Below, piece after piece: positions 38,510 to 48,598 of a DNA stretch of 59,141 nt. How positions within the stretch are numbered: the stretch's first letter is position 1; each line of letters begins with the position of its first letter. Origin of the DNA: a virus (lineage: Duplodnaviria > Caudoviricetes); IMG/VR virus record IMGVR_UViG_3300031851_000029, positions 1-59,141 of that record; one strand, written 5' to 3'. The translations under genes and the position numbers were made by a program. Below the pieces are notes generated by a model. It saw nothing but the letters and a program-made list of their open reading frames with translations. It was not told the DNA's origin and did no database searches.

Positions 38510-39832
38510 TTATACAGTAGCTGTGCCAGGAGGCAGAGGAATAGCGTCACCAGTGTAACCGGCACCTGCAGGATCTACGTTAACAGCAACATTGCCATCG
38601 AAGTAGTTTCTACCAGCGAATACATTCTTGAAGACACCAACGCCTTGACCTTCGTGTGCTACAGCAAAGCCGTAACGCTCGCGGATCTTGACCTTGACAA
38701 CGTCAACGTTCTCTTCACGCCACTCAACAGTCTGAGGATCCTCATCAACCATGTAGAAGCCAACGTTCCCTTGGGAAAGGAGGAATACATCGCCAACGTT
38801 TGCATCAACATCGAATGGTACGAGTGGTGAAGCAACAACGCGGAAGTTGAAGGGGAAGTAACCTGGGACATTAGGTGCAGAAGTAGCGTTCTGGCTGTAA
38901 GCTTCAACAGCTGAAGCTGGATCACCAGAAGGAGATCCACCTGGAACTAGAGCGCGACCAGCACTTGGACCCATGGCACCCATAGCTCCGTTACCCCAAG
39001 GGGCTTGAGGACCTGGATTACCAGAATACTGGTTAAACCAAGCTCCACCACCGTGGGCAAGCATCATAGTTCTTAGAACTGGATCTTGCAACCAAGAGTA
39101 GAACTGAAGCGGGTGACAAAGTAGGATATTCGGTGTGAATCCTTCCTGACTCATGTGGGCAAAACCTCTCATGAGATCATCCATTGTCATGGAACCATTA
39201 CCTGCAAGAGCACCATCACGACCAGCAGTTACACCATAAAGTGAATTGGCTGGAGTGCGGTTGTCGTACATGGTGGTACCAAGAGCTTGGAGGAAAGAAG
39301 CAGCCTTTTGCTCCTTGTGGCGAACAAGAGCCTGGCCCATAAGGCGAAGGTTCATTGCCATGATATCCCAAGTCGAGTAGCGAAGTGCTTCATCAGTGAA
39401 AGCAGCAGCGATACCACACTTCCCGATCCAAGCAGTGCTTACTGCACCACCAATCTGGAAGTTGACTTCTGGATACTGACCATGCTCCTGAATATCCTGA
39501 GCGTAAACAGCACCCATGGCTCCAGCTAGAACTTGTGTGTTCAGGCCTTGAGACTGAACTTTATTGTAAAGTCCAGTGATAACCATGTTAGGCTCGAGTG
39601 GCTCACGGATTATAATTTCAGTAGCTTTAGCAAGAAGAGGAGTAATCTCTGAACTTCTTACAAGGTCTCTGTTTTTAGGGGAAATGGTCTCTGCAAAAGT
39701 AGACCATTCGATTCTTTCGTCACTGTCTGGAAGGTGACCTCTATTTAGGATGATATCTGCTACATAACGAGCAGCTGCATCCTCATTCGAGGGTAGCTCT
39801 AAGACGCGACCATCAGTTAATTTGAAACTCAT
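38510..39832 (-). CDS. Major capsid protein (440 aa)
   Basis: Follows protease, scaffold and decoration genes and is followed by a strong terminator. HK97-like features KCGIAAAFTDEA...WDI and the C-terminal KIRERYG. Codon use suggests high expression. Confidence 0.85.
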   Translation of the reverse strand: MSFKLTDGRVLELPSNEDAAARYVADIILNRGHLPDSDERIEWSTFAETISPKNRDLVRSSEITPLLAKATEIIIREPLEPNMVITGLYNKVQSQGLNTQVLAGAMGAVYAQDIQEHGQYPEVNFQIGGAVSTAWIGKCGIAAAFTDEALRYSTWDIMAMNLRLMGQALVRHKEQKAASFLQALGTTMYDNRTPANSLYGVTAGRDGALAGNGSMTMDDLMRGFAHMSQEGFTPNILLCHPLQFYSWLQDPVLRTMMLAHGGGAWFNQYSGNPGPQAPWGNGAMGAMGPSAGRALVPGGSPSGDPASAVEAYSQNATSAPNVPGYFPFNFRVVASPLVPFDVDANVGDVFLLSQGNVGFYMVDEDPQTVEWREENVDVVKVKIRERYGFAVAHEGQGVGVFKNVFAGRNYFDGNVAVNVDPAGAGYTGDAIPLPPGTATV

Positions 39833-39841
39833 TTTCGTCTC

Positions 39842-41245
39842 CTATAGAAAGTTAACCAACAGAACAGCGACACGGTCGGCTACTGTTTCATTGCTTAGGG
39901 TTATTAAATCAGTAAATCCACCAGTAGCACTACCGGGCATCTGCATAGATGCATCGAAACTGCTGCCTTCGAATCCTGTACGAACTCTGTCCATAAGTCC
40001 TCTTGGCTCTTCCTTAATAGCGATAACTCTTCCAAGAGTACCAGTAGCATCGACAGTCAAGTTTGACCATTCGTCGAATCCAATAGTATCTCCTGGCTTT
40101 GCATCGGTAACTGCAAGCAGAGACACAAGACGGTCATCTGAAGAAGCAGCAGGAGTAGCAGAGTCATGATGGTAATAGCTAAGCGTTGTAGCTAAGCCTG
40201 TGTTTGAGGCACCAGTAGCATCCCAAGCATCAGAGCGAACAATAACGAGTCCAGCTTCAGCGTCTACAAAGAAATCGCCAGAGTTACGTAAAGAAGCAAC
40301 GTTGTCTCTCTTGTTTGTAAAGATGCCAGCAGAAGCCCCATCAGCAAATGGGGTACGATCTGTATGGCGAGCTAGCGAGCCGCCAGCACTATCAGTTGCT
40401 AAAGCGTAGCCAATGACAGGGTCACCAGCCTCAATTAGCATTGAAGCTCTATCGTCATCACTGTAGCGTGCAAGAGCAGAAAGCTCTGCTGAGCTTGCCC
40501 AAACCACTCCACCACCAACCGAAGCCGGGAAGCTAGTACCTGAGGCACCAAAAGCAGTGGCACCAGAAACGTCTACACCAGTTGTTTGAGCGAGGCCAAT
40601 AACTGGCATCTGCATTTGCGCTTGTGTAAAGAACTGAACCAAGTGTTGCTTCTGATAGTTTGTGAAATCGAGTCCACGCTCATCTGTAAGCTCACCGCCC
40701 CATGAATAAACATCATAAGCTGAAACTCCAATTGGAGCTGAGATGAAATCATTCAGAACAGCTTGAACGTCAGCAATAAGAGTATTGTCATACGGAGCAC
40801 CTGTTCCGCAAACTTCTTCTCTTACCAAACCTCGATCAACGAGGCCATCTGCAACGTCTGCAAGGCTAAGAGCACCTGCAGCAACTTCTAGAGCTGTAAC
40901 GTCTTGACCAGTGGTAACGTTCTTAGTTTTAGCTTCAACGTCTGCACTTGTGTAAGTGATGCAAGCATCACCAACGGCAGCAGTTCCAGCGTTAATAGTG
41001 GCGTTGAGACCACCAAGGCAAATATTGCCTCTTTTTGTCATAGAAACTACTTTTCCAGAACCTATAACGAAATAGTCCTGGGAAGCAGTTCCTTGCCAAG
41101 CAACAGGTAGCCAGTCGGCGGGCTTAAATTCCCCTGCAGGAACAGCGACACCACCAGTTGGAGTAACTACTATGTTGTTTGGCGTAATGTTATCGAATAC
41201 ATCATCACGAGTTCTAAAGGAACTCGAAAATCTTTTAACAGCCAT
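39842..41245 (-). CDS. Head decoration/cement-like structural protein (467 aa)
   Basis: Directly upstream of the capsid gene, with AGGAG SD. Ala/Gly/Thr-rich. C-terminal MPGSATGG. Confidence 0.6.
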   Translation of the reverse strand: MAVKRFSSSFRTRDDVFDNITPNNIVVTPTGGVAVPAGEFKPADWLPVAWQGTASQDYFVIGSGKVVSMTKRGNICLGGLNATINAGTAAVGDACITYTSADVEAKTKNVTTGQDVTALEVAAGALSLADVADGLVDRGLVREEVCGTGAPYDNTLIADVQAVLNDFISAPIGVSAYDVYSWGGELTDERGLDFTNYQKQHLVQFFTQAQMQMPVIGLAQTTGVDVSGATAFGASGTSFPASVGGGVVWASSAELSALARYSDDDRASMLIEAGDPVIGYALATDSAGGSLARHTDRTPFADGASAGIFTNKRDNVASLRNSGDFFVDAEAGLVIVRSDAWDATGASNTGLATTLSYYHHDSATPAASSDDRLVSLLAVTDAKPGDTIGFDEWSNLTVDATGTLGRVIAIKEEPRGLMDRVRTGFEGSSFDASMQMPGSATGGFTDLITLSNETVADRVAVLLVNFL

Positions 41246-41246
41246 T

Positions 41247-42344
41247 TTAATCTCCTAATTGGATGTAATTTTTGGGATGAAAACCACGCCTTAAGTAGCG
41301 CCTCTTGCTTTTTAGATAATTCTCAGCAAAATTCAGTCCATCTTTTTCAAGTAATTTTGAATATGTTTCTACTACCTTCTTTTCGAAGGCTCCTAATTTT
41401 TTAGATCCAACACTTTCTCTTGGTGAGGAAGTGTCATCTGCTGTAGTGATTGAAGGATTTTCAATCATTTTTACAGTCTTAACTTCGTTACTTTGAACAT
41501 TTGTATCATCTTTCTTAATACTATCAAACCACTCTACCATATCTGCAAGTCTTGGATCTTCTTTTTGTAAAGAAATTTCTTTATTTACTTTACTATTTAA
41601 ATAATTTAAAGCTTGAGACAGTTGTTTTTCCAAATCCTCAACTCTCAATAGCGCATTAGTATAATCTGTTTTCAGCTCTTGGCTAGAATTATTTTCCCAA
41701 CCCATAATCAAAGCTTCTTTGTTTAAAGCTTCTTGCTTAAGTTCAGATGACCACTCAGAGTCACGTTCACAAGATGGTAAACCCCAGCCTTGTTCATCGG
41801 ACTTTTTAGAAATACACTCTTCAATCTTTCTATAGAGTGCAGGCGATGCATGCTGTTCGGCTCTAGAGAGAACGCTCACTGCATGCTCTGCATCTACAAC
41901 CGGATAAGTTCTATCCGGTCCACAAAAAGTAGAATCTTTTAATACTTCTTCTTTTTTACTTTCTTCTTCTTCTTCTTCTTCTTGATTATTGGCATCGGCC
42001 TGGTTTTGAATACTGGCTTTTGCTTCATCTTGTGCTCCTGCGATAGTTTCTAGAACTTTCTTAGCAACCGCTTCAACAATTGAATCGAAATTCAATGGCT
42101 CTTCAGAAGCTGGAGTATTTTCTAATTCTTGTACCTTTTCTTCAACTGAGTCTAGAATAGCTTCAGTTTCAGGATTGGCGTCGTCGATTAATTCAGCAGA
42201 ATCTGAGTCTTCCGAACCGAAAGAAGCGTCATGCTCCTCTTGCTCTTCGGCTGTCGGTTCAACAGCTGGTGCAGTAAGAGTTTCATCTTCTCCAGTTAAG
42301 GAATCGACTTCGATTTCTGTTTCATTGTCATGATTTTCCATCAT
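41247..42344 (-). CDS. Scaffold-like acidic protein
   Basis: Glu-rich and coiled-coil-like. Contains FCGPDRTYPVVDAEHA (DUF6582-like). Lies between the protease and capsid genes. Confidence 0.6.
   Translation of the reverse strand: MMENHDNETEIEVDSLTGEDETLTAPAVEPTAEEQEEHDASFGSEDSDSAELIDDANPETEAILDSVEEKVQELENTPASEEPLNFDSIVEAVAKKVLETIAGAQDEAKASIQNQADANNQEEEEEEESKKEEVLKDSTFCGPDRTYPVVDAEHAVSVLSRAEQHASPALYRKIEECISKKSDEQGWGLPSCERDSEWSSELKQEALNKEALIMGWENNSSQELKTDYTNALLRVEDLEKQLSQALNYLNSKVNKEISLQKEDPRLADMVEWFDSIKKDDTNVQSNEVKTVKMIENPSITTADDTSSPRESVGSKKLGAFEKKVVETYSKLLEKDGLNFAENYLKSKRRYLRRGFHPKNYIQLGD
41961..41981. repeat. (TTC)7 microsatellite encoding poly-Glu
   Basis: ttc x7 on the plus strand encodes EEEEEEE in the scaffold protein. 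Confidence 0.8.
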
Positions 42345-43648
42345 TCCCTTCCTTTACTTTTCATTGTATGACCAGCTGGTAATAGATCATTATCAACTGT
42401 ATATTTTGGATTGCTAGGCTTGCCTTCCTTAGCTAAAGTTAAAAATGCATTAACTCTAGCCATGGCCCACCCTCTTTTTATATAAATATTAGACTTTGAT
42501 TTTGGAAATGATTTCATACCTCTATCATAAACAGTCGTCAATGTATTAAATTCAATTTTATTGCTCTCTGCACAATTAGAATTGTGCTTTGCAGCTTTTT
42601 TCTGTAAGGACTGCAACACGCTAAGCGAATCATCACTTACAGAGCTTTTTACATCATTATCGTAAGTAAGCTTAATTTTGATTTCTTCCTTACCAGACTT
42701 AGTAATTATCTCTGCCTCTCCTGAAGAGTGCAGAGTCTTCATTGCTTGTTCTGAAATGTCTAACATATGATCGTATTCTTTGCTTTCTATATCTTTGACA
42801 TCTTCTAAAGAAGCACCAATATTCGTATTATCTTTAATAGAATACATAGAATCTGTCAAATAAACAGTATGCTTGTCAACTTTAATTGTTGAAAGATCTT
42901 GTATCTGAACAGAATCAGAAAGTTCCATAGATAAGACTTGAGACAAATCATCTGCTGGCATATTGACTACAGATCCTTCAAGAACTTCAAATTTGCCAGT
43001 AACGAATACACATAAATCGTTATCATAAATGTTCCCATGCCTATGCTCACACATATCGCCTAAAGCCCAATCGTTTAAACAAACAGAGCAAACGTGCCTG
43101 TCTGTTGTTGAGCCTGCAGAAAAAGTAATATACCTGCCGTCAAGGAATTTTTCAATAGCATCTTGCTCTGAAATTCTAGCAGTAACCCTCATTCTTCCCA
43201 ATCCAGGCCAAGACTTTCTAGTTAAAAGGCCATATTTTTTCATAGCCTTATAGATTCTTTCTGGATCGTCAGCGTCAAAGGCTGACTGAACATTCATATA
43301 GTCGTTAACGTTATCAAAAAAGCCAATAGCTTCTTCAGAAGTGTCATCCCAGTAGCCACTTACAAATCTTCCAATTGGTTCATTTTGCTCATCATGGTTT
43401 CGGATAATTGGTTTGGGATACGGATTTAACAAGCTCTGAATTCCAGCTTGCTGACCAGCCACTGTATAGATTCTGTTGTTAATTCTTCTTCCAGAATGAC
43501 TTAGGTCGTAAGTAACATACAAGCCTTTTTTGTCGTCAGCTCTGCTAAATAAAGAATCAATTACACCTATCTTGTCTTTTCGTGACAAAGTGGCGTAAGA
43601 AGGGTCTGGGTTTATTTTAATAAAATCAACTAGTTTTAGTTTACTCAT
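42341..43648 (-). CDS. Prohead (capsid maturation) protease
   Basis: PKPIIRNHD...PIGR, FSAGS, CSVC...CEH and EGSVVNMPAD motifs. Follows the portal gene. Has an extra C-terminal WAMARVNAFL...DNDLLPAGH domain. Confidence 0.8.
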   Translation of the reverse strand: MSKLKLVDFIKINPDPSYATLSRKDKIGVIDSLFSRADDKKGLYVTYDLSHSGRRINNRIYTVAGQQAGIQSLLNPYPKPIIRNHDEQNEPIGRFVSGYWDDTSEEAIGFFDNVNDYMNVQSAFDADDPERIYKAMKKYGLLTRKSWPGLGRMRVTARISEQDAIEKFLDGRYITFSAGSTTDRHVCSVCLNDWALGDMCEHRHGNIYDNDLCVFVTGKFEVLEGSVVNMPADDLSQVLSMELSDSVQIQDLSTIKVDKHTVYLTDSMYSIKDNTNIGASLEDVKDIESKEYDHMLDISEQAMKTLHSSGEAEIITKSGKEEIKIKLTYDNDVKSSVSDDSLSVLQSLQKKAAKHNSNCAESNKIEFNTLTTVYDRGMKSFPKSKSNIYIKRGWAMARVNAFLTLAKEGKPSNPKYTVDNDLLPAGHTMKSKGRE

Positions 43649-45546
43649 ACTTGCCTCTGGGCATCAAATCGCGCAGTAGAATTAGGCGGAATTTCATTCA
43701 AGTCTATACTATATACATTTATACTACTATCCAGCAACCTTATACAAGTATCGCTATCCATTTTGGCATTATCAACACCAATCAATCTGTTTAGTTCTCT
43801 TTTTGAATCTTTTATTTTTGCAGATACTATAACACCGTAATTAAAAGCTTTGCAAGCATACACTGTTGTTATTGCATCTATTCTTATTTTAAGATTATTA
43901 AATATAGCAATATCGCTGACGTTAGAGTTAGCGACTATGTCCTGTCTTGAAGAGATTAAAGAATTGATTTGATTGTATTCAAATTTATAGTCTTGAATGA
44001 TTTTCTTTTTAATATCTAGCAATTCATCTGCCGATATATTTGAGTCAGCGAGACCATCAAATAGCTTATCTTCTATAAGTGATATAGAAGAGGAGTATTC
44101 ATCTGAGAGTAATCTATCTAGTGTCGGTGCAGTTTTCTTTCCAAACTGATTTTCCGGCGCAGATTGATTTTCTGACTCATTTGTAGAAAATAAAGAACCC
44201 TTCAACAATGCTAAAGGTTTCTCGAAAAGCTCAAAGTAGGTTTCTCCCATTTCATTACTAGACATTGGGGCTTCACCTATTCTCTTTCTAGCTTCGCTTA
44301 AAGTGATCAATTTGTTTGCAAAGAGCTGTATCGTTTGATTTTCAATTTTAATTTTTTGCTCTTTGTCTACTGAACCAAATTTAATGTTGACCCTTTTCAT
44401 AGGGTCAAATGCATCAAATTCGTAGCCACCTTCAAGAAGCATTTCGTTAAATACTGCATGCTCTACAAATATTTTAATTATCTGTTGAAGGGCTTCTACG
44501 TCTTGAATAGCACTTTTAGAAAGTACGTTTGCTGTCGCTCTGTTTGCCGTGTCACCTTCGCCCATATCTACAGACGAGACCCCAAGTCCTGCAAACACTC
44601 TCTTCTTAAAATAATCTAAGTAGCCTTCAATCCTAAGGGCTCTACCCTCAGAACCAACTGATTTTATACTGTGTCTATGATCTGAAACGTAGACACCTCC
44701 TGCAGGCATATAATCGATTGCCTCTCTTACAACTTCAGTTTCTTTCTTGCCTTCTGGACCATATCGTTCTGGAAATTCATCAGAACCTACCGTGTAGTGG
44801 AATAGCGGAAAAAGATTTGACTCTATGAGCTCTTCTACATTTTCTTCTAATCTTCTAAGCAGTGCAATATCATCTAGCACAGGAAGCAACTCGGGCGTAC
44901 CCATTGCAAAGCCTGCTTTCTTGTTATCATAAAAGTGTATAAGATCGTGTGGAAAGAACTCTTTAGTTTCACCTGTTGGCGTCTGCTGTAGGACTTTCTT
45001 CACTTCACCGTTTTTAGAACTTTTAAAATATAAGGTTTCAAATGGCAGGATAAAGTAACCAGCTACAGGATCAACAGTCCTTCCAGTAGTTAAGGTTCTC
45101 ACTTTTCCTCTAGAGCCTCGCACATCTCTAGCTTTTACCCACATGCAGTTTGAGAATCGAACTAAATCATAAGCAGTTTCTGCCAGCAGTATTGAAAATG
45201 GTTTGCCTGTAGCAATCTCCATTTCTGCAACTCTAGTCTTTATGTATTTTACGTAATCTTCGTTTAAGCCTACGATTTCAAAACCAGAAACAAGGAATCT
45301 ATTAGTTTTCTTTTTAATTGCTCTAAAAATATAACCGTCTGTATCTTGTGCAATAGATATTTCTTCTAAATCATACTCTGGCTTATACCAGCTACCCCTG
45401 TGCCTTTCAGTGTAATGAAGCCCGCGATTAGCAACCTTTATTACTCCAGGCTTAGATGGAAAAAGTGTTCTAGAATCTTCTAAAGATTTAGATACTTTTT
45501 TATCTTCTATAACGCCTAAGGCTAATTTAAATAAATCTGATCTCAT
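43645..45546 (-). CDS. Portal protein
   Basis: FFPHDLIHF...GTPELLPVLDD, FAGLGVSSVDMGEGDTANRATA and ITLSEARKRIG are portal motifs. Position fits. Confidence 0.85.
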   Translation of the reverse strand: MRSDLFKLALGVIEDKKVSKSLEDSRTLFPSKPGVIKVANRGLHYTERHRGSWYKPEYDLEEISIAQDTDGYIFRAIKKKTNRFLVSGFEIVGLNEDYVKYIKTRVAEMEIATGKPFSILLAETAYDLVRFSNCMWVKARDVRGSRGKVRTLTTGRTVDPVAGYFILPFETLYFKSSKNGEVKKVLQQTPTGETKEFFPHDLIHFYDNKKAGFAMGTPELLPVLDDIALLRRLEENVEELIESNLFPLFHYTVGSDEFPERYGPEGKKETEVVREAIDYMPAGGVYVSDHRHSIKSVGSEGRALRIEGYLDYFKKRVFAGLGVSSVDMGEGDTANRATANVLSKSAIQDVEALQQIIKIFVEHAVFNEMLLEGGYEFDAFDPMKRVNIKFGSVDKEQKIKIENQTIQLFANKLITLSEARKRIGEAPMSSNEMGETYFELFEKPLALLKGSLFSTNESENQSAPENQFGKKTAPTLDRLLSDEYSSSISLIEDKLFDGLADSNISADELLDIKKKIIQDYKFEYNQINSLISSRQDIVANSNVSDIAIFNNLKIRIDAITTVYACKAFNYGVIVSAKIKDSKRELNRLIGVDNAKMDSDTCIRLLDSSINVYSIDLNEIPPNSTARFDAQRQV

Positions 45547-47312
45547 TATGAATTTCCTGTTATTCTTGAAATTCTATTCCTGATTCTTGACCTGTCTTCT
45601 TCAGTAAGGTCACCAGTGCAACCTGGTAAAGGAATCAATCTTTCTTGATATAAGTTTGAAACTTGAATCGCATCCCCCTTGGAAGTTAATGAAAGCTTTT
45701 CATTAGGATATACTATACTAATAGCTTGCATAACTTTTTCAGGGTTCTCTTTCAAGTCATCACAATTTTTTAATCCGCCTTTTCCTAGGGCTATAACAAT
45801 CTGAATTAATTTAATTAAGTCTGTAATTAGCATTATTATACCCATAGCCTCTATATTCAAAGCAAGTTTTCCACCAAAAAGACTATTGAGGCTCTTCACT
45901 ACAAAAAGTATTTGACTAAAGAAGTCAGCAATCATTTGTTTAAAATCTTGCAATGCAAGTATGCTTTTTTGAAAAGTTTTTATATCTCCAATAGCTGGGA
46001 CTTTATTGGTTCCGTCTTCCCTGCTTTTTCTTCTTTTATCCATAAAGGATTGGAATGTATCGCTAACTCCAACTGTAAAGCCGGTAGGAATAGTACCCGG
46101 CATAGCATTTTCTGAAGCAGCGCCAGAGCTGTTTCTGTCAAAAGATAAGAATCCACTAGTTGCATCAGATACCGCTTGCCCTGCAGAGTTGGTAACGTCT
46201 CTTGCGAGCGAGAAACCCGCGTTTGCAGTCTCTATGGGGTCGCCACTTTCGGTCCACCTTTCACTTCCTTCAAGGTCTCCACCCATGAAGCCGCCAGGCA
46301 TATTTGCTGCAGTTGTTGCAGTTATGCCTGGAGTGGGAGATACGGAAAGGTTGGGACCACTGCCACCAACCATGTCGCCTAAAGCCGAACCAGCAGCCAT
46401 CATAGTGTCTTGCAATTCATCTGCAGCATCAATTAGCTCTTGAACTGTTCTCATGGCTCCAATTGCGCAATCAATTGGTGCCATAACCAATTGCATCACT
46501 TGCTGTATTAGTGCAGCTATTGCATCTACGATCCATTTGATAATGGGTCCGAGAATCATAGTCCAATCAATACTAATACTGAGTGCCATCATTATGTATT
46601 TCTTTATTAGCATGCTCAATGCTAATAGAAGCATAATTAAATCTGGTATACAAATCAGACTAAAGCCGTCAAAAAAATCACAAAGGTCGACTAGCATGTC
46701 CATTGGGTCGAGCATTTTCCCAATGGCATCCATTATCTCTTCGATATCTTTCAAAAAGTCTTCAAAGCCTAACAATAAATTCAAAGGCTGAATTTGCCAA
46801 CTGAACTCTGTTTTAAGATCGCAATCAAAGCAATCATCAAAATAGTCTAGGATTTCGTCTGCTGATAATATCTCTGAAGATACACCCATTTCGTCTAGTG
46901 ACTTTTGAAGCATACTTTTATATGGTTGGCTCTTTTCAATAACAGTGCCACCCAAAGAAACATTAAGTACTGAGTTCTTGCTAGGGTCTCCTAAGTTTAT
47001 ATCAACTTCTGCATCACAAAAACTTTCTTCACCTGAGCCTTGAGAGGCGCCTCTACCTGCAGGGGGTACGGATACGCTCTTTTTGCTTTTCGCCGCCTGT
47101 TCACTTGCTTTTTGTGCTAAGAAATCGTTTGCTTTTCCAAAACGATTTAAAGACACTTCTGTACTGTCCACAGCCATTGAGCAAGTTTGAACAGAATGCC
47201 ATGTTGCTGCAGTAGCACCCTCTCTGGTGCCAGCTCGTTTTGCTGCTTGTTCATACCTTTGGCAAATAAGCGAAAGGTAAACATACCTGTAATGTTCGTC
47301 GCTACTACTCAT
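45546..47312 (-). CDS. Hypothetical Cys-containing helical protein (588 aa)
   Basis: Long ORF coupled to the portal gene by TAATG. Contains CFDCD, several isolated Cys residues and long hydrophobic/amphipathic helices. Confidence 0.6.
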   Translation of the reverse strand: MSSSDEHYRYVYLSLICQRYEQAAKRAGTREGATAATWHSVQTCSMAVDSTEVSLNRFGKANDFLAQKASEQAAKSKKSVSVPPAGRGASQGSGEESFCDAEVDINLGDPSKNSVLNVSLGGTVIEKSQPYKSMLQKSLDEMGVSSEILSADEILDYFDDCFDCDLKTEFSWQIQPLNLLLGFEDFLKDIEEIMDAIGKMLDPMDMLVDLCDFFDGFSLICIPDLIMLLLALSMLIKKYIMMALSISIDWTMILGPIIKWIVDAIAALIQQVMQLVMAPIDCAIGAMRTVQELIDAADELQDTMMAAGSALGDMVGGSGPNLSVSPTPGITATTAANMPGGFMGGDLEGSERWTESGDPIETANAGFSLARDVTNSAGQAVSDATSGFLSFDRNSSGAASENAMPGTIPTGFTVGVSDTFQSFMDKRRKSREDGTNKVPAIGDIKTFQKSILALQDFKQMIADFFSQILFVVKSLNSLFGGKLALNIEAMGIIMLITDLIKLIQIVIALGKGGLKNCDDLKENPEKVMQAISIVYPNEKLSLTSKGDAIQVSNLYQERLIPLPGCTGDLTEEDRSRIRNRISRITGNS

Positions 47313-47313
47313 A

Positions 47314-47622
47314 CTAGTCTTCTGTCAAATCTATTAAGTCGAATGCTTGCATTCTTTCTGACTCGCCAGAATCGATTAAATCTTTATAAAAAACAGCTCT
47401 AGTCATTACAGCTGAGTTCTGCTTAATTTGTATATTGTGTTGCTCATTGGGGTCAATTATTTTGATAATTGATTCTATGATTTCAGCAAGATCGTCTACG
47501 TGAACAAAATCTCTGCCAATTTTCATATAAAGTCTTTGATAAGTTTCTTCTAGAGCTTTAGGATCTTTATTCTCCTCTTCATCTGGAGTCTTCCCATCCA
47601 TTTCATCTTTTAAAAAACCCAT
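47314..47622 (-). CDS. Hypothetical protein (102 aa)
   Basis: TAATG-coupled ORF in the operon. Confidence 0.6.
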   Translation of the reverse strand: MGFLKDEMDGKTPDEEENKDPKALEETYQRLYMKIGRDFVHVDDLAEIIESIIKIIDPNEQHNIQIKQNSAVMTRAVFYKDLIDSGESERMQAFDLIDLTED

Positions 47623-48155
47623 TACATTACACCCTTGAGTAAGTCTGTAATATTCTGACCTGAACTGTCAGAATCTTCTTCAAACATACTATCAGAATCT
47701 TCTTTCTCTAGGGCAATTTTTTCTTCTAATGCTTGTCTATACATAGTAAAGCTAATTTCATCTGCTTTGAATCCAAAGACAACTTTAGTAGCTTTTCTTA
47801 ACTTAGGTCTTTTCGAGATATCCATTTTAAAAGTTGGCAAGTCTGGATTTCCTTCCAGCTGGTTTAAAATTTTCTTTTCAACAGCTTCTGTCTTGGATCT
47901 AATCCTATCTATTTGAGCTCTAAGAACATCAATTCTATCGTTGACAACTTTTGCCTCATCCATAGTCAAAGGCTTCTGTGTAGAGAAAGACCCATCATCT
48001 TTGTAATTGAAGGGTTGTGACTCTTTGTTAAGAACTCTTTTGGCAGTTGTAGAAGCGTCTGTTGGGGACGCACCATTATTTCTTTTCAGCTTATCTTGTA
48101 CATTAGGCTTGGTTGGGTCATATATTCTTTTAAAAACATCATCAACTTTACTCAT
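47622..48155 (-). CDS. Hypothetical protein (177 aa)
   Basis: TAATG-coupled ORF in the operon. Confidence 0.6.
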   Translation of the reverse strand: MSKVDDVFKRIYDPTKPNVQDKLKRNNGASPTDASTTAKRVLNKESQPFNYKDDGSFSTQKPLTMDEAKVVNDRIDVLRAQIDRIRSKTEAVEKKILNQLEGNPDLPTFKMDISKRPKLRKATKVVFGFKADEISFTMYRQALEEKIALEKEDSDSMFEEDSDSSGQNITDLLKGVM

Positions 48156-48598
48156 TAGGCACCAACTTTTCTGAGGAAGTAAGAAACTCTTAACTGCATG
48201 TTCTCTCTTATTTGAGCACTTTCGTTACCAGGGCAATAAAGTCTAACCCATATCGGATGATTTGTAAAAGTATCTGCAGCTTCTGTAGTTCCTATATCTG
48301 GTATAGATATACTTTCTCCAGACTTGACTAAGTCCCACTCTGATTCAGTTGGTCTTCTTTTCCCATACATCAATTTAATCCCCCAACCAGTCAATCCGAA
48401 CTCACCTGCATCATTGTAGCCACCAATCATTTCTGGAGTTATAACAATATCTGTATAGTAAACTGAAGGATCTCTGTTTCTTAAAAAGAAAACCTGTTCG
48501 TGAGAATTACCAATATGGCCGTTATGAAATGATCTTAGTGGATCTTCATCAAAAGCTTCATAGTTTTCATTATAAAATATTAATCTTTCACTAGCCAT
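48155..48598 (-). CDS. Hypothetical beta-rich protein (147 aa)
   Basis: TAATG-coupled ORF. Probably structural, judged from context only. Confidence 0.6.
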   Translation of the reverse strand: MASERLIFYNENYEAFDEDPLRSFHNGHIGNSHEQVFFLRNRDPSVYYTDIVITPEMIGGYNDAGEFGLTGWGIKLMYGKRRPTESEWDLVKSGESISIPDIGTTEAADTFTNHPIWVRLYCPGNESAQIRENMQLRVSYFLRKVGA

